Origin: Catajapyx aquilonaris
Lineage: Eukaryota
Assembly (NCBI GenBank): GCA_000934665.2
Contig: KZ538753.1
Location: 1-49,827 of the forward strand
Reading direction: 5' to 3'
Length of the DNA stretch: 49,827 nt
Shown: in pieces, positions 23,153 to 35,191 of the stretch
How positions within the stretch are numbered: the first letter of the stretch is position 1
Layout: every line of letters starts with the position of its first letter
The notes under the pieces: model-generated
The model's database searches: none
The model's input: the letters and a program-made list of their open reading frames with translations, nothing else
Told to the model about the DNA's origin: nothing
Program-made: the position numbers and the translations under genes

Positions 23153-26100
23153 GTAGTAGCGTCATTCCTGAGGAAGAGGCCCAATTGCTAATGTTGTCGT
23201 TTATTTTTTTCAGGCCCACTGGGCAGGGTTGGTTGAAGAGGGCGTCCTGCAAAATATACTCACAGCACTTGCTGCTGGCAACAAAGAGAAGGCTTCTGGA
23301 GATGGACCAAACAATAATATTGAATTTTCTGCATATGCTCGACATGGTGCGCCAATGCTGAAGGGAACCATGGATGAAAGGGTTGACATGATGTGGACAT
23401 TAATAGCAGGAAGTGCAAACAAAGACAGTGTCAACACTCAGGACCTGATACAGGTAAGTCCCCGGTTCCCAATTACCTTCTGGAAGACCAGATCCGAAAC
23501 CCGGACTATCCGGACCGTCCGACACTATCCGGATAGTGCGGATCTGGGAAGAGGGATCCGAAACAGGCTTGGATATCTGGATACCGGACAGTCCGGGAAT
23601 CCAGATAGATGTTGAAGCACTAATTTTAATGGAGGTTATACTCCTATCTGTGAAAGGGCAATTAGGAGGGGGCCAAATTTACACGTATCAAAGGTAGATT
23701 ATCTACTGTACAGTACGAAGCTATTGCAAACACATCTTCTCACACCTCTATCTCATTCACACTGCACCTTCATCACACCTACCCCCATAGTGTAAATGCA
23801 CCTGTGTTGCTGTCTACCAAAAAAAGACACATCGTCCCACACTACTCGGTAGAAAAGTCTTAAGGCAATGTGCATACTTGTATGTGCCCTTTTAAACATG
23901 ATGATGCTTGCTATTACCCCTACACAGGGAGGAAGCAATCTAAATCCAACAAATATTATCTTTCCATGATGTTCTTTGTGGCAGTGTATTGGTAGCTGAG
24001 CATTAGGCATTTTGTCGACTTGAATTAACCACTTAAGAAGCAGCTTCAAAACATTCAAGGAAAGGAGTCGTCTGCTGGGTTATAACCTCCTGAGACCTGA
24101 TGTCCAATATATTGGACATCAGCTAAAAAAAAAAATTGGCGTCAATTTCAGTTGACACCTTTTTTTTTTTTGCTGATGAGGATAATACAGGGTGATTCTC
24201 TCGAATGGAAACCCAAACATTCCTCAATAACTTTTTAACAATTGCATGGTTCGTGATAAAAATTGACATGAATAGCCCAATAGAACAAGGGCCCAACTCC
24301 AAGGTGGAAAAAAGATCGAGGTATAAGGAAAAAATCGCCATTTGTAAACTATTTGAGGTGTAGAAGTAAAGTGATATCGCCATGGCATCCAATCCTGTGA
24401 TTTTCACTCCACTCCGATAGGACCCATGGGCGAAGCAGGGGGCCGAAATTTTGTACTTTGGAGTTGGGCCCTTGTTCTATTGGGAACGAAGCCGGGACTT
24501 GGGTAGGAAAAAAAGGTGGGGGTGGGAGAAACAAATTGTCATTTGAAAACTATCTCAGGTTAATGTGTGGAAGCAAATCCTTTATGTCCAAAATCGCTGT
24601 GCCATCCTATGCTGTGATTTTCACTCTGATACGACGAGTGGATGATGTCAATTTTCATCACGAACCATACAATAGTTAAAAAGTTATTGAGGAATGTTTG
24701 GGTTTCCATTCGAGATCATCACCTTGTATGACAGATGTACAAGTATACGGCCATATTAAGGAGAAGGGAAAGGAATTCCTAATTAAGAAAATGTTTGCAG
24801 CTGCTCCATGTCTGATGAATAGTCTACTGTGCAATTTGTGCCCACAGAGTAGCATAATAGCCTCATGGCCTTAGTTGCCTTGAGTCTTCTTTCACCATTC
24901 CATACTAACTAAAATCATTTTTACATGCCACATTGTGAAGTCATTGCATTTTCAAAGCATGGCTTCCTGTACATTGCTCAAGTGTAGCCTGTATGTTAAA
25001 ATTTTGCATTCACTATTAGACATAAACATAATAAAATGCCACAGTCATTACTATTATTGTTTTTCTACAAAATTGCAGTATGTCAGAAGCATGGTGGAAT
25101 CATATTTGCGATGTGAGTCTACTAAAGCAGCCTACAAGAGCTGGAAGCCATCTCACTGTCAAGCAAGTGCAACCAATCGAGAGAATCTGAGCCTGCACAT
25201 TTTACATGATCTCATCTTCAAGGGAAAGTCACCCAAGGAAACACTCTTCTTGGAATGTGAAATTTCACCTTTTACCAGAGATGATGTACATTCCTGGTTA
25301 GCAAAATGTCCCCTGATGTCCATTATACAATCTCATGTCTTTTCCTGCATGTATGGATTCCCAGCACAACATGACACCTTGCTTCCAAAAGCCATAGGTC
25401 TTCCTTCAGACCCATTTCCATCTGTCCTGGACTATCCCAGTGTCATCTTCCTTAATTCGAGCTTACCAGGAGAATTAAGGAAGGAATGGAGGTTCCTCTT
25501 TTCCACCAAAATCCATGGCGAGTCCTTTTCCAAACTTTTAGGCCAGGCCACAAATCGCGGGCCTACAATTCTAGTCATTGTGGACAAGAATCGCCATATA
25601 TTTGGAGGGTTTGCATCTCATTCCTGGTGCCTTGGACCGAAATTTATTGGTGAGTTTTTCATGTAACATTGAAACCTTTGGAATGACTCTTTTGTCTCTG
25701 TTGCAGGCTCATCAGACAGCTTCTTGTTCAACCTCAGTCCCAAAATGTCACTGTACAGCTCAACAAGTTACAATAGTCACTACATGTACTTGAATGTGCA
25801 ACAGCAAACGTTGCCTAATGGATTGGGAATGGGCGGCCAGCTGGAGTACTTCGGCCTGTGGCTGGATGCCGAATTTGGGCATGGGCGCTGCTCCCCCACC
25901 TGCACCACTTTCCAGTCTCCACAGCTAAGCGCCAGGCCTGAATTTGAGTTGAAGCACCTAGAAGTGTGGGGAGTAGGACCAGAGCCAGAAAGTGAAGAGG
26001 TGAGTTCATGTTTTGTAAGGGAACAATTATTACACTTGTAAACTCATCACTGCAACCCTGGTTGCTGCAACTTGAAGGCTCCAATGAGTTATATTTTTGG

Positions 26101-26761
26101 TTGCAACCCAAGTTGCATTCCTTTAACTGTATTGGTTACAACTTGGCTGCAATGATGAGTAGCCTGTTGTAAACTGCATCATATGGTTTATGGGGAGACG
26201 GAGTGGCGTTGTGGTAACGTACGCGCCCACGGATGTTAATGTCCCGGGTTCGAACCCAACCCGGGGTTACCCCCTTCATCTCGCGCAGAGTTCTTGGGTC
26301 GTCTCTGGCTTCGTTTCGGGTGGTATTTCTGACAGACTAAGCCACCCAGGGGAGCTCACAAAATGACCATATTAGTCGATGCACTGCACCTTGCACATCC
26401 CCTCCCAGTCCCCCTGCCCGTAGGCCCGGGCGCTTGTAAGTGTCTGTCGGACTTTAATCGATAGCGTGTAGGAGCAATGGCTCTCCCCGAATACCCCGTA
26501 AGGGGTGGCAAGGGGTAATACAAAAAACAAAACAAAACAAAAACAAAAAAAACTGCATCGTATGGTGCTTGTTGGTGGCTAGTTTAGGACTGCGGGGGGA
26601 ATAAATGTCCATTGGTGGCTTCAGTAAGGCTTTGTGTAACTAAGTGTTGATGCACCAGATCAGATACAGTAAGAATCTCATATTTAATTGCAGCCATAAT
26701 CTGGCAGCTAGAGTGAGAGTGATTTTAACTGACCTAGGTCGAAATTATGGAATATATCAAC

Positions 26762-26794
<33 letters not shown>

Positions 26795-28992
26795 GTTATT
26801 ATTATTATTACTAGCGCACCCGTAGCCAAAATTTGGCAAAACCTGCAATGAGGACAATGGGAATGAAAAAATGGAATGAGAGGGCTCGCGGAGTGACAAC
26901 TAAGAAATAGCGTATATCTGGTCGTAAGACGGGGTTGAGAAATTTAGTGGCATTGAATCAATGGACATAGCCTACTGTAGGCTATACTACTTGAGTCGGA
27001 CATGAGAAAAGTCTTTTTCATAAAACCTCGCGATATATACAACATTCTGTGTAAAGACTCTGTTGTTGGAGAGCAATGTTCCTTGTTGAGCAGTAGGAGT
27101 AGGGAATACTTTGACCTGACTTGGGTTGCGAGACCGGGACAGTGCCACATACAGCTGGCCATGTGAGAAGACAGGTTCATCGAGGTAAATGCCCACGTGC
27201 TCAAAAGTCTGGCCCTGCGACTTGTTGATGGTCATGGCATAAGCTGGAATGATAGGAAACTGGCGGCTTTTGAGAACAAAAGGCATATTGATGTCACTGG
27301 GAGCTAAGGTAATTCGGGGCAAGAAAACGACATGACCACGATTGCATTCCGACACTATTTCGGCAGCAATGAAATTAGCATGGAGCCCAGTGACCAATAG
27401 GCGACTGCCGTTGCAGAGGCCTTGTTTGGGATCGAGATTTCTTAGCAACATCACCACCACTCCTTGTTTCAGCAACAATAACTTATGCGGCGGCATGCCT
27501 GAGGGAGTGAGTTCATGCAAAAACTCTGGTGGAAAATTGAGGACGTCATGTGGATCCTCGGAAACGACTGAATCGAAACTGTAATAGACAACAGACAGTG
27601 AAGGGAATTCGCATTTCCGTAGCTTGTGTACTGTCGATGACGTAGAGTTGAGCATACTGAGGAGCTAAGCCATGAACTGGTTGAACGTGACTCGTGCGGT
27701 GGAAAATCTGACCCCGGACTTTGAAGACGTAAGGTCCGGCACCACTGAAATCAACCACTTTGGCTCCCATGGACGCAAACGACACAGCACTATTGTATGA
27801 GCGAATGTTGTCACGGAAGTTCCTATAATCAGGATTGTCAGGATTGGACATCAAGTCAAGCAGGAAAAGAGGATAAGGCAAGAGATTCCCGTGAGCATCT
27901 GGAGGTGTCTCTAATTGGACTTTTCCTTTGTCGCAGCAAGTTGTGAATTTACCATCAGAAGGAAGTTCAGTAAGAAAGTTGCGGGACTTACAGAAGTGGC
28001 AAATGACATTCATTGGTCCGCAGAAGTGTGGAACTACTCGGGCCTCCAGAAAATGAATGGCTTCGTCGGGAATGGATTGGGTTAGAGGATGGCGTGCTAA
28101 AGCGATGAGCTGCAGCGTCTGCCTGACGAATTCTGTCCAGGGACTCCTGACTTTGCTTTGCTAGCCATCTAGCCTTGCGTGCCTTAGCCATCCGACGCTT
28201 TCTAGCAATGGGATCCTCCTCCTCGTCCATTGTGCGGGTTGTGAGGATATGAGGCACTGAGCAGGTCGTGAGGACGTAAGGTACTGACCACCGACAGAAA
28301 TAAAGCGACCATACTCTCCACTGCGCAGTGAGAAGTAAGCCACTGACCCACCCCACCCAACCCACAACTCGCCGCCCCCTACCCCCGGCCTGATGATTTA
28401 GTGTCGTGATGAGAAGGTGGCAGCACTCACCCGGGGCCTGTATTGGCGGGAAAGGAAATAGGTGGCAGTTGGGACTTTTGGCGGGAAGGGGAAAAGGCGG
28501 CCAGATGAATTTGTGCCGTGACCCAAAGGTGGCAGCACTCCCTTGGCGGCCGCCACATGCTGCCAAGGGAGTGCTGCCACCTTTGGGTCACGGCAATAAT
28601 TTCTTCAGGCTGTGGTGGCGTTCCAGATGGTGGCGTGTCTCAGACAAGGCTATTATTATAGGGGGAATTATTATTATTATTAGGGAGACGGAGTGGTGCT
28701 GCAGTAACATATGCGCCCACGGATGTTAAGGTCCCGGGTTCGATCCCAGCCCGGGGACACCCCTTTCATCTCGTGCAGAGTTTAGGTCGTCTCTGGCTTG
28801 TCTCGGGTGGAATCTCCAATAGACATATCCACCCGGGGGAGTTCACAAAATGTACCCATATCAGTCCGCGCACTGCCTCCTGTCATCCTGCCTGTGGGCC
28901 TGGACGTTTCAATTAGTAGGTTCCAATGTATAATAGTACAATAAAGGTTCCACGTGATATACCCCCACCGGAGGTGAAAGCACTTACCCAGG

Positions 28993-29055
<63 letters not shown>

Positions 29056-29397
29056 TATTTTTTATTGATACCCCGTACTCGAGCCTTCGGCTCGTTTAGG
29101 GGTGTGGCATACCACCATCAGTTTTCTATTTTTACTTCAAACTCCGTGCAAGGGCTGGTTCAGGATATAGGGTAGGGAAAGGGATTGTTGGGGAGGGGAC
29201 ACTTGTGCAGGTGCATTGTCCTATGGCTTTTGGGCCATGTGCAGTCCCCCAGGAGGTTAGGTTGCCAGACACCTCCTTGGTGCAGGTCAGAGACCCTCCC
29301 GACGCAGGTGAAAGGAAGTTCCCCAGGCGGGGATCGAACCTGGGGCCTTTCACTCAGCAAGCCGAGACGTTACCATCTCGGCCACCACACCTCCCCC

Positions 29398-29456
<59 letters not shown>

Positions 29457-31049
29457 TATTTATTTACTTTTGTTTACCCCATTGCATTGGAGGGAACAAA
29501 GCCCTTTGGAAAGTCTATCGTTTATCCGCACCTAGCTGCGCGGCGGGGTTGGGAAGGCGTGGTGGGCTCCTAACATGTTGGCTACGGGTCGCAAACAATC
29601 GGTTGCCGGGAGAGCACAACAAAGGGCGTCTTGTTACGTCCCTGCCACGCGAACCGATCACACGAGTGCTAGGACCACAGTATTAATGAAGGAGGTGGGA
29701 AATATGAAAGCCATGATGGTTGCTGCAGTCCGTTAACCCAAAGAACGACACTTCGTCAAGCAACCGTGAAGGCATTTGAATTTGGCTGGCAGCAGATCAA
29801 GGCACCTGATTGTTTGCGATGCAACGTTTCCAACCGTCGGGAGGCCCCCCCGCCCGCCCAACCCCGACCGCGTTGTTAAGGTGCGGATAAACAATCGTTT
29901 ATGCAGCCCTTTTAGGGGGGGGGGGTGGATTACCACCATTTGAATGATTTTCCAATTTTTCTTCAGACTCCGTCCAAGGACAATTAGGGAAGTAGGGTAA
30001 GGATGGGGTGATTTGGGAGGGGACACAGGTGCAAGTGCAATGTCGGAAAAGGGTCATGTGCAGTACCCCAGGAGGCCGGTTGCCAAGACCCCTCCTTAGG
30101 CGCGGGCCAGAGACCCACTCACGCAGGCGAAAGGTAACTCCTGGGCAGGGATTAGAACCCGGGACCTTTCGCACAGCAAGCCGGGACGTTATCATCTCGG
30201 CCACCACACCTTCCCCATATATATCAACATATTAATTGTAGCAAATCCAAAAAGGTCTTCAGGTAAAGAAATATACACCATAGCTAAAATGCTTAGTTAG
30301 CGGAATATGATTATTTCATTTTTGAACGAACCTTCAATCAATAGATAATGAAATTATTATCATTGAATATTATTTTAAGAATTGAATTAATGGTGGATTT
30401 TCAAGCAGACCCAAGACAATGTGTTGCATTGATATTTTGACAATTGTGCCATATTGAAGCATCAAAAGGAGTTAGCAAAACATCTAAAAATTTCATGTTC
30501 CAGCATAAAAAATGAGGGGTGTGGTGGAAAAAGGTGATAACCCACAAAAATGTAATTTTTCAGGAGAGTGAATTGAAGTTTGCATTCTCTTCACAAATCA
30601 TAGGGAATGTGGGTTTTGATATATTCTGTGTGGCTGTCTCGTGCATGGCAAGTGAACTTTGAGTATAGCAAACTGTTTGGTACGGTATGTCTTTTACATA
30701 GTTGCTAGGTGTTTAGGTCAAAAATGACAGAAATGAGGGTTATCACCTTTTGCCACCACACCCCTCAAATTAATAATGTGAAACCCTGCTACTCAGGCCA
30801 AAACTTAGAAGTTAAAAATGTATTTCAGTACCAAAAAAAAAAAAAACACATTTTACTTTCGGTACCTTGAAGAAGCCTGCCTTGGAACCAGTCTTAGAAA
30901 GTTTTACTGACAAGAACTCTCTCCTGCAGGGTGAACGTAAACCTACAAGTGCTCTGGACCAAGATTCAGAAGCACAGGCCATACTAGAAATGGTTGGAAA
31001 AGGTAGGATCAGTCAAAGAGAAGACAGGACCAGTGACGTGGAGGACTAA
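23018..31049 (+). CDS. MEAK7: MTOR-associated protein MEAK7 / TLD-domain protein 1, complete (exons 23018-23152, 23214-23453, 25079-25649, 25707-25999, 30930-31049; 452 aa)
   Basis: MGAKES myristoylation-type start; TLDc domain WRFLFSTKIHGESFS...IFGGFAS...YMYLNVQQQTLPNGLGMGGQLEYFGLWLD...CTTFQSPQLS...LEVWGVG; C-terminal SALDQDSEAQAILEMVG; all intron phases compatible. Confidence 0.92.
23214..23453 (+). CDS. MEAK7: MEAK7 coding exon 2
   Basis: ttttcag acceptor; ...LKGTMDERVDMMW...; gtaagt donor. Confidence 0.85.
23488..23622. repeat. ATCCGG-rich repeat cluster, probably a hAT MITE remnant
   Basis: Dense TCCGG/CCGGA motifs ending in TGAAGCACTA. Confidence 0.45.
24188..24726. mobile_element. 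Tc1/mariner MITE with about 80-bp TIRs and a nested inverted element (24276-24484)
   Basis: CAGGGTGATTCTCTCGAATGGAAACCC ends; TA TSD; same terminus at 33977; inner arms CCCAATAGAACAAGGGCCCAACTCCAA. Confidence 0.82.
25079..25649 (+). CDS. MEAK7: MEAK7 coding exon 3 (start of TLDc)
   Basis: YVRSMVESY...WRFLFSTKIHGESFS...GPKFI; gtgagt donor. Confidence 0.92.
25707..25999 (+). CDS. MEAK7: MEAK7 coding exon 4 (TLDc)
   Basis: SFLFNLSPKM...LEVWGVGPEPESEE; gtgagt donor. Confidence 0.93.
26192..26549 (+). mobile_element. tRNA-derived SINE, family A head with (CAAAA)n tail
   Basis: 17-bp TSD AAACTGCATCRTATGGT at 26171 and 26550. Confidence 0.88.
26987..27609 (-). pseudogene. Helitron PIF1-like helicase C-terminal remnant
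   Basis: PSGMPPHKL...VMLLRNL...GLCNGSRL...QFPIIPAYAMTINKSQGQTF...VFSHGQLYVALSR. Confidence 0.92.
27610..28230 (-). pseudogene. Helitron RepHel N-terminal remnant (frameshifted)
   Basis: HFCGPMNVICHFC...CCDKGKV...IRSYNSAVSFASMG...GPYVFKVRGQIFH...YAQLYVID. Confidence 0.85.
28683..29056 (+). mobile_element. tRNA-derived SINE, family A, (ATT)n tail
   Basis: Head and body match the 20577 copy; sits in an (ATT)n tract. Confidence 0.85.
29057..29397 (-). mobile_element. tRNA-derived SINE, family C
   Basis: Head GGGAGGTGTGGTGGCCGAGATGG...GGTTCGATCCCC; related copies end at 30216 and 33914 and start at 38292. Confidence 0.87.
29398..30216 (-). mobile_element. tRNA-derived SINE, family C variant, interrupted; its tail originally ran to about 26762
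   Basis: Head at 30216; ATATATCAAC repeated at 26752 and 30219. Confidence 0.78.
29508..29904. mobile_element. MITE with long degenerate TIRs and an 8-bp TSD (Mutator- or hAT-like)
   Basis: AGCCCTTT at 29500 and 29905; arms GTTTATCCGCACCT... / ...AGGTGCGGATAAAC. Confidence 0.7.
30514..30766. mobile_element. Sola-like MITE
   Basis: TIR GAGGGGTGTGGTGG(A/C)AAAAGGTGATAACCC; 4-bp TSD AAAT. Confidence 0.7.
30930..31049 (+). CDS. MEAK7: MEAK7 last coding exon
   Basis: ctcctgcag acceptor; GERKPTSALDQDSEAQAILEMVGKGR...TAA. Confidence 0.88.
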   Translation, partial: GERKPTSALDQDSEAQAILEMVGKGRISQREDRTSDVED

Positions 31050-31911
31050 GGCTTGAAGAGGCAGTTCTACTTTGAGAGGTTCATTGAAGTGCATACATAA
31101 TTTACATTCATTCCATGATGCGGCTCTTGGCATGGTTTGTAACATGTAGAAAATATTAGATTTTAACATGGTTGCAAGGCTGATTTATTTTTAACTAATT
31201 TTATTTGTCACTGAAGGTTAAATTCCAGTTCAATGCAATCTTGCAAACTGCTTGTAGCTTAAGTGGGACTGATTGTTAAATCCCACCCCAGCCTGCATGC
31301 ATTAGCTATATTTTCCCCAGGGAGCAAGTTGTCAGCTTTTGGAACATTGTATTTAGCACTAGTCGTTTTGTGTGCCTAATGTGTACCATGTCGACTGAAT
31401 ATTAAAGTATTTGAAATCAATGTTCTTCCAATTGTTTATCTGGATTGAAAGAATTGGTAGTCATTGGCCTCATAACTCATTGTGTGTGTGTTTTTTTTTG
31501 TTTGTAAACTCCAGACCCTGTCAGAAAAACAGGGAGTCCGCAACATGTTTATCTGCAGGGGGTGATGCCATATTTCTTTGAAGCTTTTATAATTGTTTCC
31601 CACTGTGATTTCTCATGATCCTTGACCCACAAAGGAAAGCTGGAAGACTCGGGAGGCCTCTGCTAGCACTCTCCATTGATGTCATTAGATGACTCGACCC
31701 TCTACTGTTATGCCATGGAGGTCATCCTTCTAACCAGTGCAGTGGGTGAAATAATGAATGCCTTCCAGGGTTCTAACACTACTAGGTGGTAGTTGAGGTG
31801 GATTTTTAAAAGGCGATGTATTACAAGCTTTGAAACTTTGCATACTGTATTACCTTGCATATTGAGGAATGAGCAGGAAAAAAAGTGATGACCGGATTAG
31901 AGAAAATACAC

Positions 31912-31975
31912 ATCTGGTGGCTATACTGGAATGCCAGTGTAAGGCAAGGTATGTTGGTATAGAGCGGAGTTTTGT
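31912..31975 (+). repeat. Dispersed repeat; second copy at about 34275-34337
   Basis: ATCTGGTGGCTATACYGG...GGTATG..GGTATA shared by both copies. Confidence 0.6.
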
Positions 31976-32020
31976 CTTATTTTTATCTACAAAGACTAAA
32001 TAAATTGAAAACTATAATTT

Positions 32021-32324
32021 AAATAATAATAAATAATTTGTACCCCGTGCTAGAGCCATGGGCCCTCTTAGGGGGGTGGGATACCACCATATTTTTTTAT
32101 CTGGAACTCTTACTTTCGTTTTTACTTCTCATATATGGGGATGGGATAGGGACGGAAGGAAGCGGCTGTGGCCTATAATTACAGACACGACCCCGGAATT
32201 TTCCTGGTGAGACCATGGGAAACCACAGAAAACCACGGTCAGGGTCGGCGGCCCCCGGGATTCGAACCCAGGACCTTCCGATTAGCAGTCGGATACCATA
32301 TCCCATTCGCTACCACTGCTTCGG
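32021..32324 (-). mobile_element. tRNA-derived SINE, family B
   Basis: 16-bp TSD TTGAAAACTATAATTT at 32005 and 32325. Confidence 0.9.
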
Positions 32325-32785
32325 TTGAAAACTATAATTTCTCATTGGAAGAAGAAAAATAGGAGGAATCGAGCCCTACTCACTCGCCCCAAATGGTTGT
32401 GGTCTAGGATGACCAGTATCTGCTGTTCACAATCTTAGCATGTCATACACCTCTGTGGTTGTTTCATTCAAACAGAAGCAAAACCTCAACACTGAATATT
32501 GGGGCTTCCTGGCAGTGCGGAGACGAATGTGAACCTAGGTGTACTTCCGATGTCACCATCGCTTGAGATCGCAGAATATTTGAACGAGAATAGGTGTTCT
32601 AATACTCCAATCCATACTGGACATGATGCCATTAACCACGAGTCATGGACTAATTCTCTTTGTCACATCAAACATCTGTCTAAATTTTTTTTGACTGACC
32701 CTCGTCTTTTTAACTTATTTTTACCTCTCCTGTAAAATTTCTAAAATGGTTTATTCACCCTCTCTCCTTAATGCCAACTATATGG

Positions 32786-33977
32786 GCTAATGTGACATCA
32801 TCATGGCACAAACTCCCGCTGTATTGGGGCTAGAGGGCATCAATTATTATTCTGGGCTCAATCCTATATGTGCAGTAAACCCCACAAGAAGCAATCAGGT
32901 GGCATCATGTTTGGTGATCTTGGCGGCCACAGATTTTTCGAAATTAATATAGGTCACCAAAGGTCCGGCCTCAGATCACCAGACCTGACGCCACCTGATT
33001 TCTTCTTGTGGGGTGTACTGAAGGGCTGCACAAGCAGGATTAAGCCAAGAACAATTGCCGCCCTCTAGCCCTGATAAGGCAGGATCTTGCTGCCATTGTG
33101 GTATGTCACATTAGCACATATGTATATGCCAATATGCAGACTCGCAAACAAAAGTGTGTGGATGCTGGAGGGGACCATTTTTGGTATATTATCTAGGCAG
33201 ACATTGTGTAACAACATACAAGGTAAGTACAGTACATGTCAATTTTCATCACGAACCATGCAATAGTTATTTATTACTTTTTTAAATATATTTTTTAAAC
33301 CCCGTGATACAACTACTATACATATAAGCCATTATAGTGGGGTGGCACACCACCATCAGTTTTTCAGTGTATATAACTTTTCTTGGATGCACGGGGAAAA
33401 AGAGCATAAGTCAAAAAAGTTAATTTGTCTGCATGGAGAGCAGATTATCTTAAATACTGGACTTCTTGTAAAGATGACATACCCTTGCTTGCACATTTTT
33501 TTCCTAGCCTGGTTTTAGGGCTTGACATGCACAGCCTTCTGGGAGAACCAAGGACTCCTTGTGACCATAACTGGCATAACAGGACACATAACCCAATTTG
33601 CACATTTTCTGACTTACCATAATTATGCTTTTTTTCCCACGCTTCCGAGTTTTCTTCTCTCACCGGTGCGCGGTGCAATGAAACAAGGAGACGGGGTAAG
33701 GATAGGAATTTTTGGGGAGGGAACATGGGTGCAAGTGCAATGTCTGTAAAGGGGTCATGTGCTATTCCCCAGGAGGTTAGGTTGCCAGACACCTCCAGGC
33801 GCGGGTGAGAGACCTTCCTGATGTAGCTGAAAGGGAACTCCCAGGCGGGGATCGAACCTGGGACCTTTCACTCAGCAAGCCGAGACGTTACCATCTCGGC
33901 CACCACACCTCCCCACCATGCAATAGTTAAAAAGTTATTGAGTAATGTTTGGGTTTCCATTGGAGAGAATCACCCTG
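32786..33977. mobile_element. Fold-back Tc1/mariner derivative (left end not located), interrupted by a SINE
   Basis: RSPDLTPPDFFLWGVLK on + (about 32970-33020) mirrored on - (32878-32930); right TIR is the same type as the 24188 element. Confidence 0.7.
33270..33914 (-). mobile_element. tRNA-derived SINE, family C, with about 300 bp of extra internal sequence
   Basis: 15-bp TSD ACCATGCAATAGTTA at 33255 and 33915. Confidence 0.85.
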
Positions 33978-34918
33978 TATTAGGAAATTTTTTATTGGAG
34001 ATCATTCTATGGTTCTGGGGTAATTCCCACAACTTGTCTGTAGGCCTACTGTATTATTGAGTCTTATGAAAAGAATCAGATTGGGTTTGATACTGACATT
34101 CTTGTGAAGGTTTTTGCATTTTAAAATTGTAAATTCAAGGAATTTCTAGGCTGGATACTCAAATTTCTAATGACCACAGCAGTCGATGATCTACTACTAG
34201 TGGACCCAAGCAATTGTACCATATTACTTAACTTAGCAGTGTAGTCGACGTCAACCAGTTTTTAGAAATGCACGATCTGGTGGCTATACCGGCATGCTGG
34301 TCTAGGCGAGGTATGCCGGTATAAGGCGAGGTTTTCTTAAGCACAACATTATCACGATCTCTGTGAAAATTATTACTACTCAAATCATTTAGACCATTTT
34401 CTAATGGTTCGGATACAGCCCAGGACACTTCTACTGCCTGACACATCGCATAAGATCGTTCATTATCAAGTTCTCTCATGGCAACATTTTCAATTAAAAG
34501 GCAAGGCTGCAAGAAGTGAAGCATAACTATACCAGGATATATGATACATTGGGATTGGATTTTATTATCTGAGTAACGAGGCTTCTCAGAAAAATTGATA
34601 CCACTACATAAAGCGATCCTCTGATTGACAATGAGATCTGCCACCAGCAGCGAACTATTGAGCAAGACCAGAGAACTAATCACTCTTGGCAAAACAAAGG
34701 ACTGAAGGAATTGATTGCCTTGATCCTTTGTAATGCTTAGGGGATTTCCCCTCTCAGAGCAGGCTGAATATGGGATTGGTCACACTCTATGCCTTGTGCA
34801 ACAGATGACTTGCATATTCTCACAGACCGCTCACAGCCCTTTCCTCAGCCAGCATCCATCTTTTATCCAGACCCATGATCCAGTCCAGACGCTTGTGGTC
34901 CGGGGAGAAAAGGAGAGA

Positions 34919-35158
34919 AGGTATCGCCGTTAGATACCTGGCCAATCAGCGCGAAGCAACTGCGTGACGTCACTAGATGACAAAATCAGGTGCTTATTTT
35001 GAAAGACAGGCTCTCGGCATGGAGAAACATGCTTTGTGACTACGATTTGAGACGGACAACTCAAGTGAAGTGTCAGTGTACGATGCATTCTGGTTGAGGT
35101 GGATGTGACCAGTACTCACCCCTCACTGTTGCCCACCACCTGAGTGCAAACGGCCGGG
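34919..35158 (-). repeat. Left arm of a ~240-bp inverted duplication (partner 39915-40152) containing CCAAT and CRE motifs
   Basis: Reverse-complement match; CCAAT at 34942-34946, TGACGTCA at 34965-34972. Confidence 0.85.
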
Positions 35159-35191
35159 TTGTATACACTTGTACCCACTTTATTAAACCGG

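Larger units (their letters stand above)
26811..28667 (-). mobile_element. Non-autonomous, internally deleted Helitron with both termini
   Basis: 5' (T)TCCCCCTATAATAATAG; 3' GCCAAATTTTGGC hairpin then CTAG; inserted at A/T in (TAA)n; RepHel N-terminal and PIF1 C-terminal remnants. Confidence 0.88.

Noticed and set aside
34228..34692. 154-aa minus-strand ORF downstream of the left CCAAT/CRE arm
   Set aside because: Non-ATG start, no recognisable domain, and its end lies in a dispersed repeat; an exon here cannot be excluded.
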